Shown: piece after piece, positions 51,461-64,000 of the stretch | Layout: every line of letters begins with the position of its first letter | How positions within the stretch are numbered: position 1 is the first letter of the stretch | From: Callorhinchus milii | Lineage: Eukaryota | DNA length: 64,000 nucleotides | Assembly (NCBI RefSeq): GCF_018977255.1 | Contig: NW_024704743.1 | Location: forward strand, 39,744,001-39,808,000 | Direction of reading: 5' to 3' | Position numbers and translations under genes: made by a program | The notes under the pieces: model-generated | Databases searched by the model: none | What the model saw: the letters and a program-made list of their open reading frames with translations, nothing else | Told to the model about the DNA's origin: nothing

Positions 51461-53649
51461 CTAGGGGGATCGGAAGCAAAGAAAATTAACCCTGGTTGAT
51501 TTTCCCCTCTCTAACTAAGGAAAGGCCAGGGCCAATTTAATCTTCCAAATTCAGCATGCTCAACAGGAACTGGGATTCAAGCAAGCAAACTCCTGTTTGG
51601 TAAGCAGTAGACTTCATACAATCTTGGCTTTTGTGTTAAAGCAGAGAAATAGCTGAAAGTTATAATGTGCGAAACGAACCTGCACTCATCACTGGCTCCC
51701 AGTGTGAATACTCTTAAGAGAAGACAGAAAATGTCTCCAATGCAATTGATATTCAAAACCCAGGACTGCCAGTACTAAGGCTCAAATCCATAAGGACTGA
51801 CATGAGTCCACACATGCACTTCTACCAGGAACATATTTTGTTATTGTTTAACATTTTCACCCATGATGTTAGCTTAAAGACTTTCATCTAGCTGTGGGAA
51901 TACAGGTGGCAAAGATTCATGACCATTGCTACTGTGTAATCTAAAATGTATTATTTTCGATTATAAAATAGGGAACCAGAAACCTTCAGGAAACTTACCT
52001 TTGGTTTGGAAGATTGAAAGATAAACCAAATTCCAGAAAATATCCTGCTCTCAGAGCAAAGTGTGGACAAGTCTTCACAATTTAGATGCATTGCTTCACT
52101 GGGTTAGTTCCCCATTCAGCTAGCACAGATTGGAAGTAGATATGCCCTTGACACCCACCATTCCTAACTGTATTCATTGGCAGGTACCACAGACAGATGT
52201 GCATACCTGCTTGCCAGGAAATTGTTGGAGAACACCACTAGATTATCATGTTCTCAAAGAAATGTATGTTTATGGACCTGTTAAAAAAAACATAATTTCA
52301 ACTCATGAAGGCACATGCACCCATTTTAAATTCTGCCCAAAGCAGCAGGTTTAGCTTATCTTCAAGCATTTTAATTAGTTAATGGAAATCATTAATTCTA
52401 ATAGTTTTGTTCTATAAGGCAAGACAGCAAATGAACACTTGTTAGTATTGAAAATAGGGAGAATGAGGACCTGGCTTACATGTACCGAGTTAAACAAGTT
52501 TAATTAATGGAGCTACAGTAGGTTTTTTTTATACTTGTTTAGTAGTTACATCATGTTTACATGGGTTTACTTAAGTTTGGAAAATGAAAAATAATGCTTA
52601 TGCTTAGAATATATGCATCCCCTTTCTTTATAAGGATGGCCAGACCAAGTGAATCTTAAATACTGGGAATTAGGTAAAAGCTTGGGATTCAGAAACTACC
52701 CCAAGATTTTTGGCAATTACAAGTCAACCCAGGTTACGTATTTGTTTCTTGTTTTCTAGGTGTACTATCATCTAGTACTATCGAATGAAACATATATCGT
52801 GAAAAAAAATGGAATTGTAGAAGCTTGAAAACAGTTTTCAATTCTAAGTATTCAACAAAATGACTTTCCTTGAGATTCAGTGTAATTAGCATATGTTGTA
52901 GGTGTCGTCTGCAAGATAACATTAATATACTCTTAGATGATGACAAAAATTTTAATGAAAACACTTTGTTTTATTAAAAAGGCAAAAAAGTCATGTAGTA
53001 TTTCTTAAGAAGCTGGTTATCGTTTCCTTTGGTGTTGACACATTATTTCTGCATAACCCCGAACGATAGATTGTGATGTAAGTCATATTGTGACACTTTG
53101 CAGCAGTTCAATTTCTGAGTGCCGTTTACATTCTGAAATAAGTAAAACTCATGCATTCATTTGCGGGGACGTGATCCTGCATTTAATCAGAAATGTTCAT
53201 CCGCTTGTACCAGCTCTTAAAAAAATATGAAAGCACTGTAATTACATTTTAATGATATTCTAGTATTAAACTCTACAAAATCCTCATCAACAAAAACCTA
53301 AGTAAGGAATACTCTCCATAAAGGAAGAATTAGCATTTTTATAAATTCTTATAGGAAAATGCGCTAGAATTTAACCAAAATTCACATTAACAGCTGAAAA
53401 GAACAGCTAGTCATTAAATGGCCCAGACTGCAGTTCAATTATCTCTTTGTCCACACTTTCTTCCTCTCTCTCTCTTGTTCCTTTTCTCTCTTACAGCCCT
53501 TTCTCTTCACAATCGTGCTGAATGGTCAGTAATGGCATGATGTTGGGATCAACAAGCTGGATGTGGAAGAAAACAAGAGCTGTTTCAGAGGAAATTGAAG
53601 AGAATGTGAGGACCCAAAAGGCACAAATTCAGTGTTTCCTTTACGCTAC

Positions 53650-54662
53650 ATCAACAAGAACAAAATTACATTGATAAAGCGCCTTTCACGTCGGGAGGAC
53701 GACCCAAGGTGCTGAACAGTCAGGGATCGGGACCAAAGTATGGGGGGCAGGGTTGAGGTGAGGGAGGGTAAAGGGGATAGTGGGCGGCTGAAGGCACAGT
53801 CGAAAAGGAGGGTCTTGAGTCGGGCCTTGAAGGAGGTAAGAGAGGGAGTACAGCGAAAGGATTATGGGATGGAGTTCCAATGATTGGGGGCAGAGAGGCC
53901 TGGCCTCTGATGGTAGGGTGAGTCGGGCAGGAGATATGGAGCAGGACGGAGCCTGCTGAGCGGAGGGAGGAGACAGGTTGATAGGGGGTCAACAGGTCAG
54001 CGATGTAGGAGGGGGCAAGGCCGTAGAGGACCTTGAAAGTGAGGACAAGGATTTTTAGTTCTATCCTCTGAGGAATGGGGAGGCTGTGGAGCTGGGTGAG
54101 GGTGGGGGTGATGGGGTCACAGAGCCTGATGCAGGAGAGGACACGAACTGCAGAGTTTTGGTTGATGTGCAGCTTGTGGAGGGAAGAATTGGGAAGGCTG
54201 ACAATGAGGGAGTTTCTATACTCGAGTCTTGAGGGGACGAATGCGTGTATGAGGGTTTTAGTGGACTGAGGGGTGAGGCAGTGGCGGAGTCAGGCAATGT
54301 TGCAGAAGTGGGGGAAGGCAGAGCAGGTCATGGCATGGATATGGGGGAGAAAGGACAGTTGAGGGTTGAACAAGATGCCCAGGTTCCTGACTGGCTTGGT
54401 GAGGTGGAGTGTGCAGCCGTGGATTCTGATGCTGCCAGTGCCTTAGGTGCTGAGGCGCTGGTGCGAGCCAATCAGGAGGGCCTCAGTCTGGTTGACCTTC
54501 AGCTGTAGAAAGTTGGTTCTCATCCAGGACTCAATGTCAGACAGACAGTCGGTCAAGACGTCAGTAGTCCTGGAGTCGAGAGTGGAGGCAGAGAGATAGA
54601 GTTGGGTGTCATCCGCGTATATGCGGAAGTTGACCCCATGTCTGTAGATGATGTCACCAAGA
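53650..54662 (-). mobile_element. L2 RT/3' fragment
   Basis: Minus-strand ORF LGDIIYRHGVNFRIYADDTQLYLS. Tail near 53650-53720. Confidence 0.92.
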
Positions 54663-55834
54663 GTATTTAGATACACCGTTGTGGAGAACTCAGCATATTC
54701 AGAAATATGTGGTTACAATTTTACAATAGGATTGTTATGAATGGCATGTATTACATGTACAGTTTATCTATAAATAGCATATTTTTCTTATGAAGTCCAG
54801 CCTCTATTGCAAATGTATTACACAGTGTGCAAATGTGGTTTTCATGTTGAATTCAGTGCTGAAGTTATAAAATCATTGCAAATTGACTAATACCGATTTG
54901 AATTAATGTTTGCAAAACATAATCCATGAACATGGCTGCAGTTGAGCTCTGGTCTGGCAGCACCTATTGCAAATCCACCACTAAATGATTCATGTCAGCT
55001 TGGCTCAATTGATAGCATCCTCGCATTTGAGTTATACGGTTCAAGCCCCACATTGATCAGGTGACAATATTTCAAAAGGGAAAGAAGCTTCTCCTTCTGT
55101 CCTGGATTTTGTGGAATATTGCTCTGCAATGATTGCCTGCCGCATTCATCTACGAACACATGGTCGTTACACTTCACAGTAAATTATGTGATGGTCTCTT
55201 GACATAAAAGGCACTATATCTAATGCAAAGATTTTTAAAAATCTCAGAAGTTTCCATAACTTGAAGCAGGTTCTGCTCTTTAATATCTTTATGAAACTGC
55301 CTACCATTTAGGAATATTTGAGAAATGGAAGCCAGAGGACTGAAGATATAATAACAATAATTATGATAGTAGTATCAGAACTCTAAGCGTTTTGGGACGC
55401 TACCCTGATTGGAGGGTGCTATATAAGTGCAAGTTGTTCTTGTTGCAGTAAATTTGATAACAATTCTTGTATTTTATACAATGCCTATCATACCAGGAGG
55501 ATGTTCCAAAGCACTTCACAAGATTTACTATAAAGTGTAGTGACTATTTTGTAAATGTTTCTATGATTATGCTCAAAATACAGTGAAAAAATTATGGATT
55601 TGATGACCTAAAATTAGGAAATGGGGTGATTTAGACCTGAAGCTATTCATTAAATGTCCATGATAAGACTTTGTTTCTGGTTTAGCGGAGTCCAGATTTC
55701 ATCTCTCCTTGGTAATTAAGCCGACACCGGAAACGAATATTAAGGGAAAACTACCTCTGTGTATCATTATACATAACTCTGTGCAACATTGTACAAAACT
55801 TACAGTATAGAATGCAATATGAGAACTATCCGAT

Positions 55835-56185
55835 AATACTACTACTAATAATAATCCTTGCATTTGATATAGTGCCTTATCATGTCTTTGAGACGTCTCA
55901 AAGTGCTTCACAGTATATACTGTAAAATGAATTGACTGTATATTTTTTGGGTGAAATGCGGCAGTCAATTGCGCACAGCAGTGCCCCATAAACAGTCGTG
56001 GATTGAGTGACCAAATTATTATTATTATTATTATTTTTGGAATGGATTATTATCCTCGGAAAAGCGATCCGCCAATCGACTAATAGCCAGGTTCCTACTT
56101 ACTGCTAGGTAAATAAAGGCATGTGGAGTAAGGATACTTGCCCAAAGTGTCACCCTGCCTGGAAATCAAACCCAGGTCCTGAGCA
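55835..56185 (-). mobile_element. tRNA-derived SINE, long subfamily, head truncated
   Basis: Antisense body and tail; ends at aaacccaggtcct. Confidence 0.9.
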
Positions 56186-56319
56186 GAATTACTTTCAAAC
56201 AGTAAAATGACGTTTCTGAAGACATCAAAATACCTTTTCAGCAATTACATATTATACCAAATTATAGACTAGCTCGTAAAATCTTTGTCATTATGAATTG
56301 GAAGTAACAGGATTTTCCA

Positions 56320-56941
56320 CATTGCCCACCACATTGCCCTCCTCCAACCGTACCTGAACCCGAACGCTGCCAAAACATTGTCCTTGTGTTCGTCACCTCT
56401 CGACTGGACTTCTCAAATGCTCTCTTTGCTGGTCTCCCCAGCTCCACCATACATAGGATAAAACTGATGCAAATCTCCGCCGCCTGCATACTTATCCATT
56501 CTAAACTCCATACCCCCATCATACCAGTTCTAGCCAAGCTCCACTGGCACCGGAACGGTCAATTTCAAGACCCTCACACTCGTTTTCAAATCCGTTCTTG
56601 GCCTGGCACCTCCCTATCTCTCCGACCTGCTTACCCCCAACTCACAATCCGTTGCCTCCACTCGACTGGCTCCGGCCTTCTGCATATCCCCCATGTCCTC
56701 TGTTCTACCATTGGTGGCTGCAATTTCAGCCACTACACCCCGAAACTTTGGAATACTCTTCCTCTATCCCTCTGCCTTGATCTTTCTTTCCCCATTTTTA
56801 TGTAGCACTTGAAGACCTTCCTATTCGACCGTGCCTACGGTTACAAGTTCCTTGAGTCAGAGTCATGCTCCACCACTGTCAAGCACTCTGGGACACTACC
56901 CTGCGTAAGGGGTGCTATATAAATGCAAGTTGTTGCTGTCA
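56320..56941 (+). mobile_element. L2 3' fragment flanked by ~182-bp direct repeats
   Basis: FVTSRLDFSNALFAGLP..LAKLHW. Tail gggtgctatataaatgcaagttgttg. Confidence 0.9.
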
Positions 56942-57599
56942 TTGCCCAACTTTTCGCCCTGACTTGGAATCAAACCCAGGTCCTCAGCAGATTTCATTTC
57001 AAACAGTAAAATGATGTTTCTGAAGACATCAAAATATATTTTCAGCAATTACACATTCTACCAAATTGGAGACTAGCTCATAAAATCTTTGCCATTATGA
57101 ATTGGATGTAATAGGATTTTCCAGGTCCAATATACTTCACAAAGCATTCCAAGGCATGTCATTGCACAGACTAATGTTGACATGAAATAGATACTGGTCT
57201 GTTCTCCAAAAACAGAAATGACAAATTTGGGTGAAGAAGATGTAACGTATATTTTAGGGATCTGCTGTGATTCTGCATCTACTGTACAGGGGTCAATGAG
57301 GGCAACATGTAACTATCTTATGTTGAAACTGCTGAGGATGATTATGCAGAACTACATGATAATAAAGAATGCATGCTGCCATTATAGAAACTACAAGCAT
57401 TTAATTAAACATAATTAATAGGGTCATATTGAGAATATGTTGACCATTGAAGTTATGGCCCTTCAATAAAAGGGAGGCTATTGTCTAGCTGGCCACAGTT
57501 TAAGTGGACTTGACATTCAGGAGGAGCATTGAGCTACAGTTAAGTAACAAGGAGCACATTAACAACACCACTATCAGTGCTCTACTGAAAATTTAAATC

Positions 57600-58910
57600 A
57601 ACTGAAGAGAATCAATGAGAAGGCAGTGAAGCAGATTGCAAGTGTCGTTATTAATGACATGATGATAAAGCAGCAAAGAAAAGACTTACCAAGTTCATTT
57701 TATTGCAGTCAACCACCTTTCGTAAGCAAGAGTTTAAAAGGAGAATAGAGAAACCAAGAGACAACTTGGTAAGTAGCATAACAGCAAATACAAATCGTAA
57801 TCCCCCAAAATTCTATCACTATTACAACAGTAAGAGGGTAGTCAGGGAACATGTTAAATAAAACCCTAAGGGATTTAAATGGGGTTGAAAAAGAGAATGA
57901 ACAAGAGATAGGAAACATATTAAATATCTGCTTCCTGGATGTTTTAACCAGGGAGCATATTAAAAGCATGCCTCCAACAGCCAGCAAACACTGTTTGAGC
58001 TCTAGGACTTTAACATACAGGTGGCTAAGATACTGCATAAGCTCAAGGGGCTCAAAACTATTAAATCCCCTGAGATGGATGAACTGTAATCCAATGTGCT
58101 TAGGAAGACAAGGCAGGACTTTTGTGCAGCACCTCCAGACATTATGAGGAAGTCAATCTGGATGGGGGAGGTTCTAACAGACTGGGAGCAAGCAGATGCT
58201 GATCCCATATTCAAGAAGGACGATAAAACTAAACCTAGCAACTAGAGACCAATTAGCCTGACCTCAATAACAGGAAAAAATATGAAGTCAATCATCAGAA
58301 AGGAAATCGAAGATTATCCAAATAAAAATAATCTAATTAATGACAGCTAACACAGGTTCATAAAGGTTGGGTCTTGTCTGACTAATCTACCAGACATTTT
58401 TGAGCCCAAATTGACTGTGGGAATCCATATGATGTATGAGTATAGCAGACTTCCAAAAGGCATTTGACAAAATGCCAAAGAGTAAGCTGAAAGAGATCTA
58501 GGGATGTTAGTTGACTCATCACTCACTGTGTCAAAATAGAGTGAGGCTCCAATGAACAAGGCAAACAGGATGCTGGGCTATATTGCTAAATCAGTTCAGT
58601 TTAGATCCCTAGACATCATACTCAGGATGTACAGTGCGCTGGTCATACTGCATACATCATACTGAATGCAGCTTACAGTTCTGGTCAATGCATCACAATG
58701 GAGCTACCAAGGCCTTAGAGGCCATGTAGAGGAGAGCAACGAAGATGATTCTCAGTATCAGAGGAATGAGCTATGAGCCACGATTAGACAAGCTAAAGCT
58801 ATTCAGACTTTAGAGAAGATGACTCAAGGAGGACTTTTATAGAGGGTACATGGGTGTTCTAGAGGGATGAAATTGGATGGGTCGAAGGGCCTTCTTGATC
58901 CAGACCAACA
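57600..58910 (+). mobile_element. Decayed CR1 ORF2 fragment with a large internal deletion
   Basis: NPQKFYHYYNSKR, DWEQADADPIFKKDDKTKPSN*RPISLTS, ERDLGMLVD motifs. CR1-type 3' end at about 58860-58905. Confidence 0.85.
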
Positions 58911-59620
58911 TTGAAATTTTGCGATATATCACTCATATCCATTCAGGTAATGGGACACCAAACTACACAACAAAGCCATGGCTCTGATTTTATTGAAACC
59001 TTTGCTTCCCCTTGAAATCAGTATGATGGTAACCTGCTAGATTTGTGATAACATAAAGGCTTGTCTATTTCACTCAGCATATCTGGATTAATGGTGTTGT
59101 TCTCAGTTGCTGCAATAAACAGTTTTTTCAATTAGTTACAATAGGGATGAAATTTGTGACATATCAAAGCAGATTTATTGTGATAATTATCCTTATAATT
59201 TGCAGTGCTGTTCTCAACCAGCGCATAAACAGCTCTTTCTTGAAGGAGTTAATAAGCACCGGTTGCATTTGAAACAAATCTATTCACCACTATGTCAAGA
59301 GAAATGTTTCCAATATGTAATGATATTTATTAATTTTCAATTGGGTTCTCATATTCTGTGCTCAAAGACTATATTCGGTTGATGTTAACATTATCTATAA
59401 CCTTTCAGCATTTTAAAAAGAATCATATTGTTCTCAGTCTTTTCTTCACGAAAAACAAGTAGAACTCAGCAAGCATCGCATCGTAAATCTGAGACTTAAA
59501 TCTTGGGACCATCCTCGTTGCTTGTCTCTATATCCTTTCGAACACTTTAATATTCTTTGAAGTTCAGATACTCAAAATTGCATACATTATGTCATCAAAT
59601 TTGCATCCAAGCAATATATT

Positions 59621-59990
59621 GGAGTCCTGTAGCTCAGTGGTTAGAAAACTCACCTCACAAGTGAGAGACCTGGGTTCGATTCCTGGCAGGGTGAAACACG
59701 CGTCAAGTTTCCTAACTTCACAAGCCTCCGTTTACCCAGCAGGAACCCGTTTTTGTTGATTGGTAGATCGTTTTTCCGGGGGCTAATAATTCCTTTAAAA
59801 AATAAATAAATAAGAAATTGGTCACTCAATCCACGACTGTTTGTGGGACACGGTTGTGTGCAATTGGCTGCCATGTTTCACCCACAAAATATGCAGTCAA
59901 TTCACTTTATAGTGTATTCTGTGAAGCGCTTTGAGACGTCTCGAAGACTTGACTAAGCACTATATTAAATGCAAGGATTATTATTATTTG
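59621..59990 (+). mobile_element. tRNA-derived SINE, long subfamily, full length
   Basis: ggagtcctgtagctcagtggttag..ctcacctcacaagtgagagacctgggttcgattcc head, body, (ATT)n. Confidence 0.92.
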
Positions 59991-61214
59991 GCACATTTAA
60001 TGGACCAGACTCTGTTCCCCTTGTTAAAATTGAGTCTACCACCACTCTTGAGTTTGATTGGAACTTAGCTAGATAAGTTTTTTTAGTTTCTATCGTCACT
60101 AAAAAGTCAGTTTCCCACTAACTGACAGTCAAAAATTAGCTACAGTTAGCAAAGCTGTGAATCGGACTTCAGTGACCCTGTCATTGAGAACCACTTCAAG
60201 CAGTCTCCTTTTGGGGATTCATGGCCAACATCACATTGGCCATGATTCTGACTTTACATTGTCAGTATGTGTGGCTTCACTAGTAATCTATACAGCTTCA
60301 TTTAGAAACGCTGATTAAACAGATGACACAAGTTGAATTCCACAGTAAAATCTCATAAAAAGAGGAAATCGTGGATTCAGTATTCACTATTTGTTCATAG
60401 CACTTGCCCATTCTGAACTTCACACCTACTATTTTCATTGGTACAGTATTACTGCACTGCCACTTGCAAACCTGCCAGGTTTTTATTTATGATCCCGATT
60501 GAATTTCTCATTTCATCCCTGAATGCTCTTAAATCTGCCATAAAATGACTGATTTCAGGGACCAGACTTTGATCCATGGCTGAGACAGAGATTGGGAGAT
60601 CTCACCAGCAATCACCATCTAGAATGCCACTGCATCACACACTTTGCATTCCATCTTGCTGCCTATTTATTTTGCTGTTGCAGACATTTGATTGTCAAAC
60701 TTATAAACGTTCAAAGCCATTTTGCCTTTTCACTTTTGTCTTTAATAATTTTAACTTTGTTTTATTAATGAATGCAGAATCAAATAAAGGAATAATGCAA
60801 CATGATATAATCCGAAGTATAGACAGCAAGGTTAAATGAATAGCTTGGTTCATTGAATGTTTAGTATTCGAGAGGTGCTGCACTAATTGTGACTTCTGGT
60901 TTGTGCTTAAATATAAAATTTTTCTTACAAATTGCCTTATACATTTGCTAAAAAATGCACAAAAGAATGGATTTGATAGTGTGTGGTGCAAAATAGAAAA
61001 AATAGAAGGTACAATTAATGCAATGGATTCTGGTTTGTGAATGATATACTTTAGACCCAGTTTGTTGTTTAATACTTATCTTCTTTTAAAGGAACTCTCT
61101 CTCGCCCTCTCATTCTCTTTATAAATCTCTCTTATTTTCTCTCTTTCCATTTCTACACCTGACTGTTAACCTTTCTGCCTGTACTGATTTTGTCAGATTT
61201 CCAACTGTTCTTCA

Positions 61215-61965
61215 ATTCCAACAACAACTTGCATTTATAAGGGATAGAGTCTCGGAGTGCTTATCAGTGGCCGAGCCTGACACCAAGCCAGGGGGACATA
61301 GCCATAGTCAAAGAGAAGGGTCTTAAGGCATGATCTGAAAAAGTAGAAGAATGGGACAGAGCAGAGAGAATGCAGGAGGCCAGAGCCAGTGGCGGTGTGG
61401 GAAATAAGCAGGTTGAAGAGGTGACAGAGATGTGGACGAATGTTTTGGCTGCATGGGGTGTGAGGTACAGTTGGAGGCAACAGGAGAGGGCTGAAAGGTT
61501 TCTTTGGAGTTTTAGCAAACTGCTGCTCGTTAAATGATGAAAGATTAGGAAGCTTCATGACCATCCATCAACTTCAGTACTCAAATTCATGTTCTGACCC
61601 TAACCATTAAATCCATCCATGATCTTGCCCCATCCTTTCTCTGACCTTACACAACTGCCCGTTCCCTTTGCTCGACAGGCACCAGCCCTACTTCAAGTTT
61701 CCCCCGCCCCACCCCCTCCACCAGGTTCAACACTATTTTAATTGGGGAAAAAACGATGATTGCAAAAGGGTATATGGTACAGATCTTTAAGACAATGAGA
61801 GTGATTAACATCTATCGGATGACAGGCTTTCAGCTTATCTGACCCCATCCTCTGAAATTCTGTGTCAGAATCCCTACGACTCAGCTCTATTCTGCAAAAT
61901 CTGGACTGTCCAGTGCCTTGGGATGTCCTCCTGATGCTATATTAGTGTAAATTTGTTGTTGTTGT
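61215..61965. mobile_element. Two decayed L2 3' fragments (minus 61215-61480, plus ~61590-61965)
   Basis: YLTPHAAKTFVH and CLKTLLFD on the minus strand. gtgccttgggatgtcctcctgatg..(TTG)n on the plus strand. Confidence 0.65.
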
Positions 61966-63554
61966 ACTTGAATACAGAGAGCTAGAATAGATACGATGCT
62001 TTGTTGTAATTCAGGAACGTTTCAACATTTCTTGCAGGTAACATAATGAAACACAAAATAGAAGCTGTTGGATCTCATGGAGAAGTGGCCCAGTGTTCCT
62101 ATGTTAACAGTAGGGTTGATTTTGCAGCTTTTGCAAAGATTGCACTGATTCCAATTCATTTGTGTTTCTGGATTTTGTCTGAATTAATGCTGAGAAACAG
62201 GTCAAAATCACCAATTTGTTTTGTCATTGGCATCCAGAAGTCACGTCAATTTCAAATAGGTTTCAATCATTCATTGATCCAAACAGTGACTTTCATATCG
62301 GAGATAATTGCAGGATCTGATGTGACACCAAGTTTTAAAGCTATGTGTAGCCACTTTTATGGACATGTTACAGGATGGAAACTATTTTAATTGGGAAAAA
62401 CAGATGACTGCAAAAGGGTATATGATCCAGATCTTTAAATCAATAAGAGTCATTGACATCCAAGTTGAAATAAAAGACATTTTAACTCAAACTATGATTG
62501 TAGAATTGGAGAATATGTTTCAAGTGTTACTTGAGATGTGAAAAAAAGTGTTTCACAAGAAAAGTGACTACCAGCAAAATAAATCAATTGTATATTAACA
62601 CCTTTATAAATATCAGGTTAGGAATGTCACTGAAGCATGTAAGAATAATCAGAGACAGCAGAGTCTAATTTGTGTCAGTTGTAAACAGATTTAAATATAA
62701 AAAAAAAACTGGAATCTGGATATGTCCGAGGTTGTACAAACCATCTTTTGATATACATGGCAGATCTGTATAACTATAACAATTCCCTGCATAGAAGGCA
62801 ATTCGGCCCATTGTGATTGTGCTGTCTCTTTGAAAGAGCAATCTGTTCAGTCTCATTTGCCTGTCTTTTCCACATACCACTGCAGATTATTTATCTTTAT
62901 ATATTATCTTATTATTTTCTGAAAGCTCTTTGTAAGAGAATCTTTAAGTAGAGATACAGCATGGAAACAAGAGATTCAGCTCAATCAGTCTGTACAGGGA
63001 TTTAAACTCCATCCGGGCCCCAATCCCTCGTATTCCACTCTCCTATATTCCTCTACCCCTCTCTCCTTCATGTATGCATCAGGTTTTCCCTGAAAAACAT
63101 TAACGTCTTTTGCTTCAATCACGTCTTCTAGCATTGAGTTCAGCATTCTCATGACCCTCTGCATGAAGAGAAATATTAGTGGCATGGTATCATTAAATAT
63201 AAATGTTTCCAGTGTGAACATTAATGATCTGCTGTACACTAAACCCCTGCATTACACGTTGTTCTACACAATATATTTATTCTTTGAATGAGCTGTTAAA
63301 TACATTTTTTGAGGCAAGTACACCATAATGTTTGCCTATGAAATGCATAATCATTACACTTTACACTATATTCTGTGAAGCACTTTAAGACATGTCCCCT
63401 GCTGTGATAGGTGATATATCAAGTGCAAGGATTACTATTTTATGTAATTAGTGGGATATTATATTATTTTGCACACTAGTCGAAAGTGTATTCAAATAAT
63501 ATTGCTAATATTGCATTAAAATAATACATTAAATTGCAGAAAAGGCAAGAGATC

Positions 63555-63740
63555 TGCATACTGCAGATGCTAGAAATCTGAAATAAAAACAGCAGAACTT
63601 GGAGATTGGACACCGGAGCAACTACCAGCGGCCCTTTCTGATGAATGATCATCGACCTGAAACATTAACTCACTTTCCTCTCTCCATAGATGCTGCCTGA
63701 CCTGTATACTATTCCGAGCTGCTTCTGTTTTTATTTCATT
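63555..63740. mobile_element. Second PLE terminal-repeat remnant, with a hammerhead-like motif at 63634-63670
   Basis: tactgcagatgctagaaatctgaaataaaaacag matches 13095-13130. Also ctgatgaa..gacctgaaacattaact and gatgctgcctgacctg. Short inverted ends (gaaataaaaacag / ctgtttttatttc). Confidence 0.8.
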
Positions 63741-63778
63741 AAAATGTGGAATTGATTTTGTTTCATTTTTCTTCAAAA

Positions 63779-63815
63779 TGTGTGTGTGTGTGTGTGTGTA
63801 TGTGAGAGAGAGAGA
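63779..63815. repeat. (TG)n(AG)n microsatellite
   Basis: Read directly from the sequence. Confidence 0.9.
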
Positions 63816-63864
63816 AAGTAGGATAATCTGGACAGAAACAGAACTGGTCTTTTGGGACTTTATG

Positions 63865-64000
63865 TTAATAATAATTCTTATATTTGATAAAGTGCCTTAT
63901 CACATCATTGAGACATCTCAAAAAGTGTTACAGAAAATATCGTGAATTTTATGGGCGAAACATGGCAGCCAATTGCACACAGCAATGTCCCAGTCGTGGA
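63865..64000 (-). mobile_element. SINE 3' portion, cut by the window end
   Basis: Antisense SINE tail and body (ggcagccaattgcacacagcaatgtccc). Confidence 0.8.

Overview
This is AT-rich, repeat-dense vertebrate non-coding DNA (intergenic or a very large intron). The repeat set points to a cartilaginous fish, probably a chimaera/holocephalan such as elephant shark; that is my inference from repeat style, not a database result. I could not recognise any host protein-coding exon. Nearly all long ORFs in the track are pieces or antisense shadows of retroelements. Content: (1) many L2-clade LINE fragments with (TTG)n tails, the best preserved at 13941-15420. (2) About 20 copies or fragments of a tRNA-headed SINE that shares its 3' tail with the L2, in long and short subfamilies, plus older Deu-domain SINEs. 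(3) CR1 fragments and a Tx1/L1-clade remnant. (4) Two Penelope-like elements whose terminal repeats carry minimal hammerhead-ribozyme motifs. (5) A hAT-like foldback element with a large internal palindrome. Notable local structures: a ~182-bp duplication flanking an L2 insertion, a 230-bp near-perfect tandem duplication with junction microhomology, a perfect 39-bp inverted repeat, a perfect 18-bp hairpin, a triplicated SINE A-box, and three separate insertions within the same ~40-nt stretch of SINE heads. Coordinates of degenerate repeats are approximate and read by eye.
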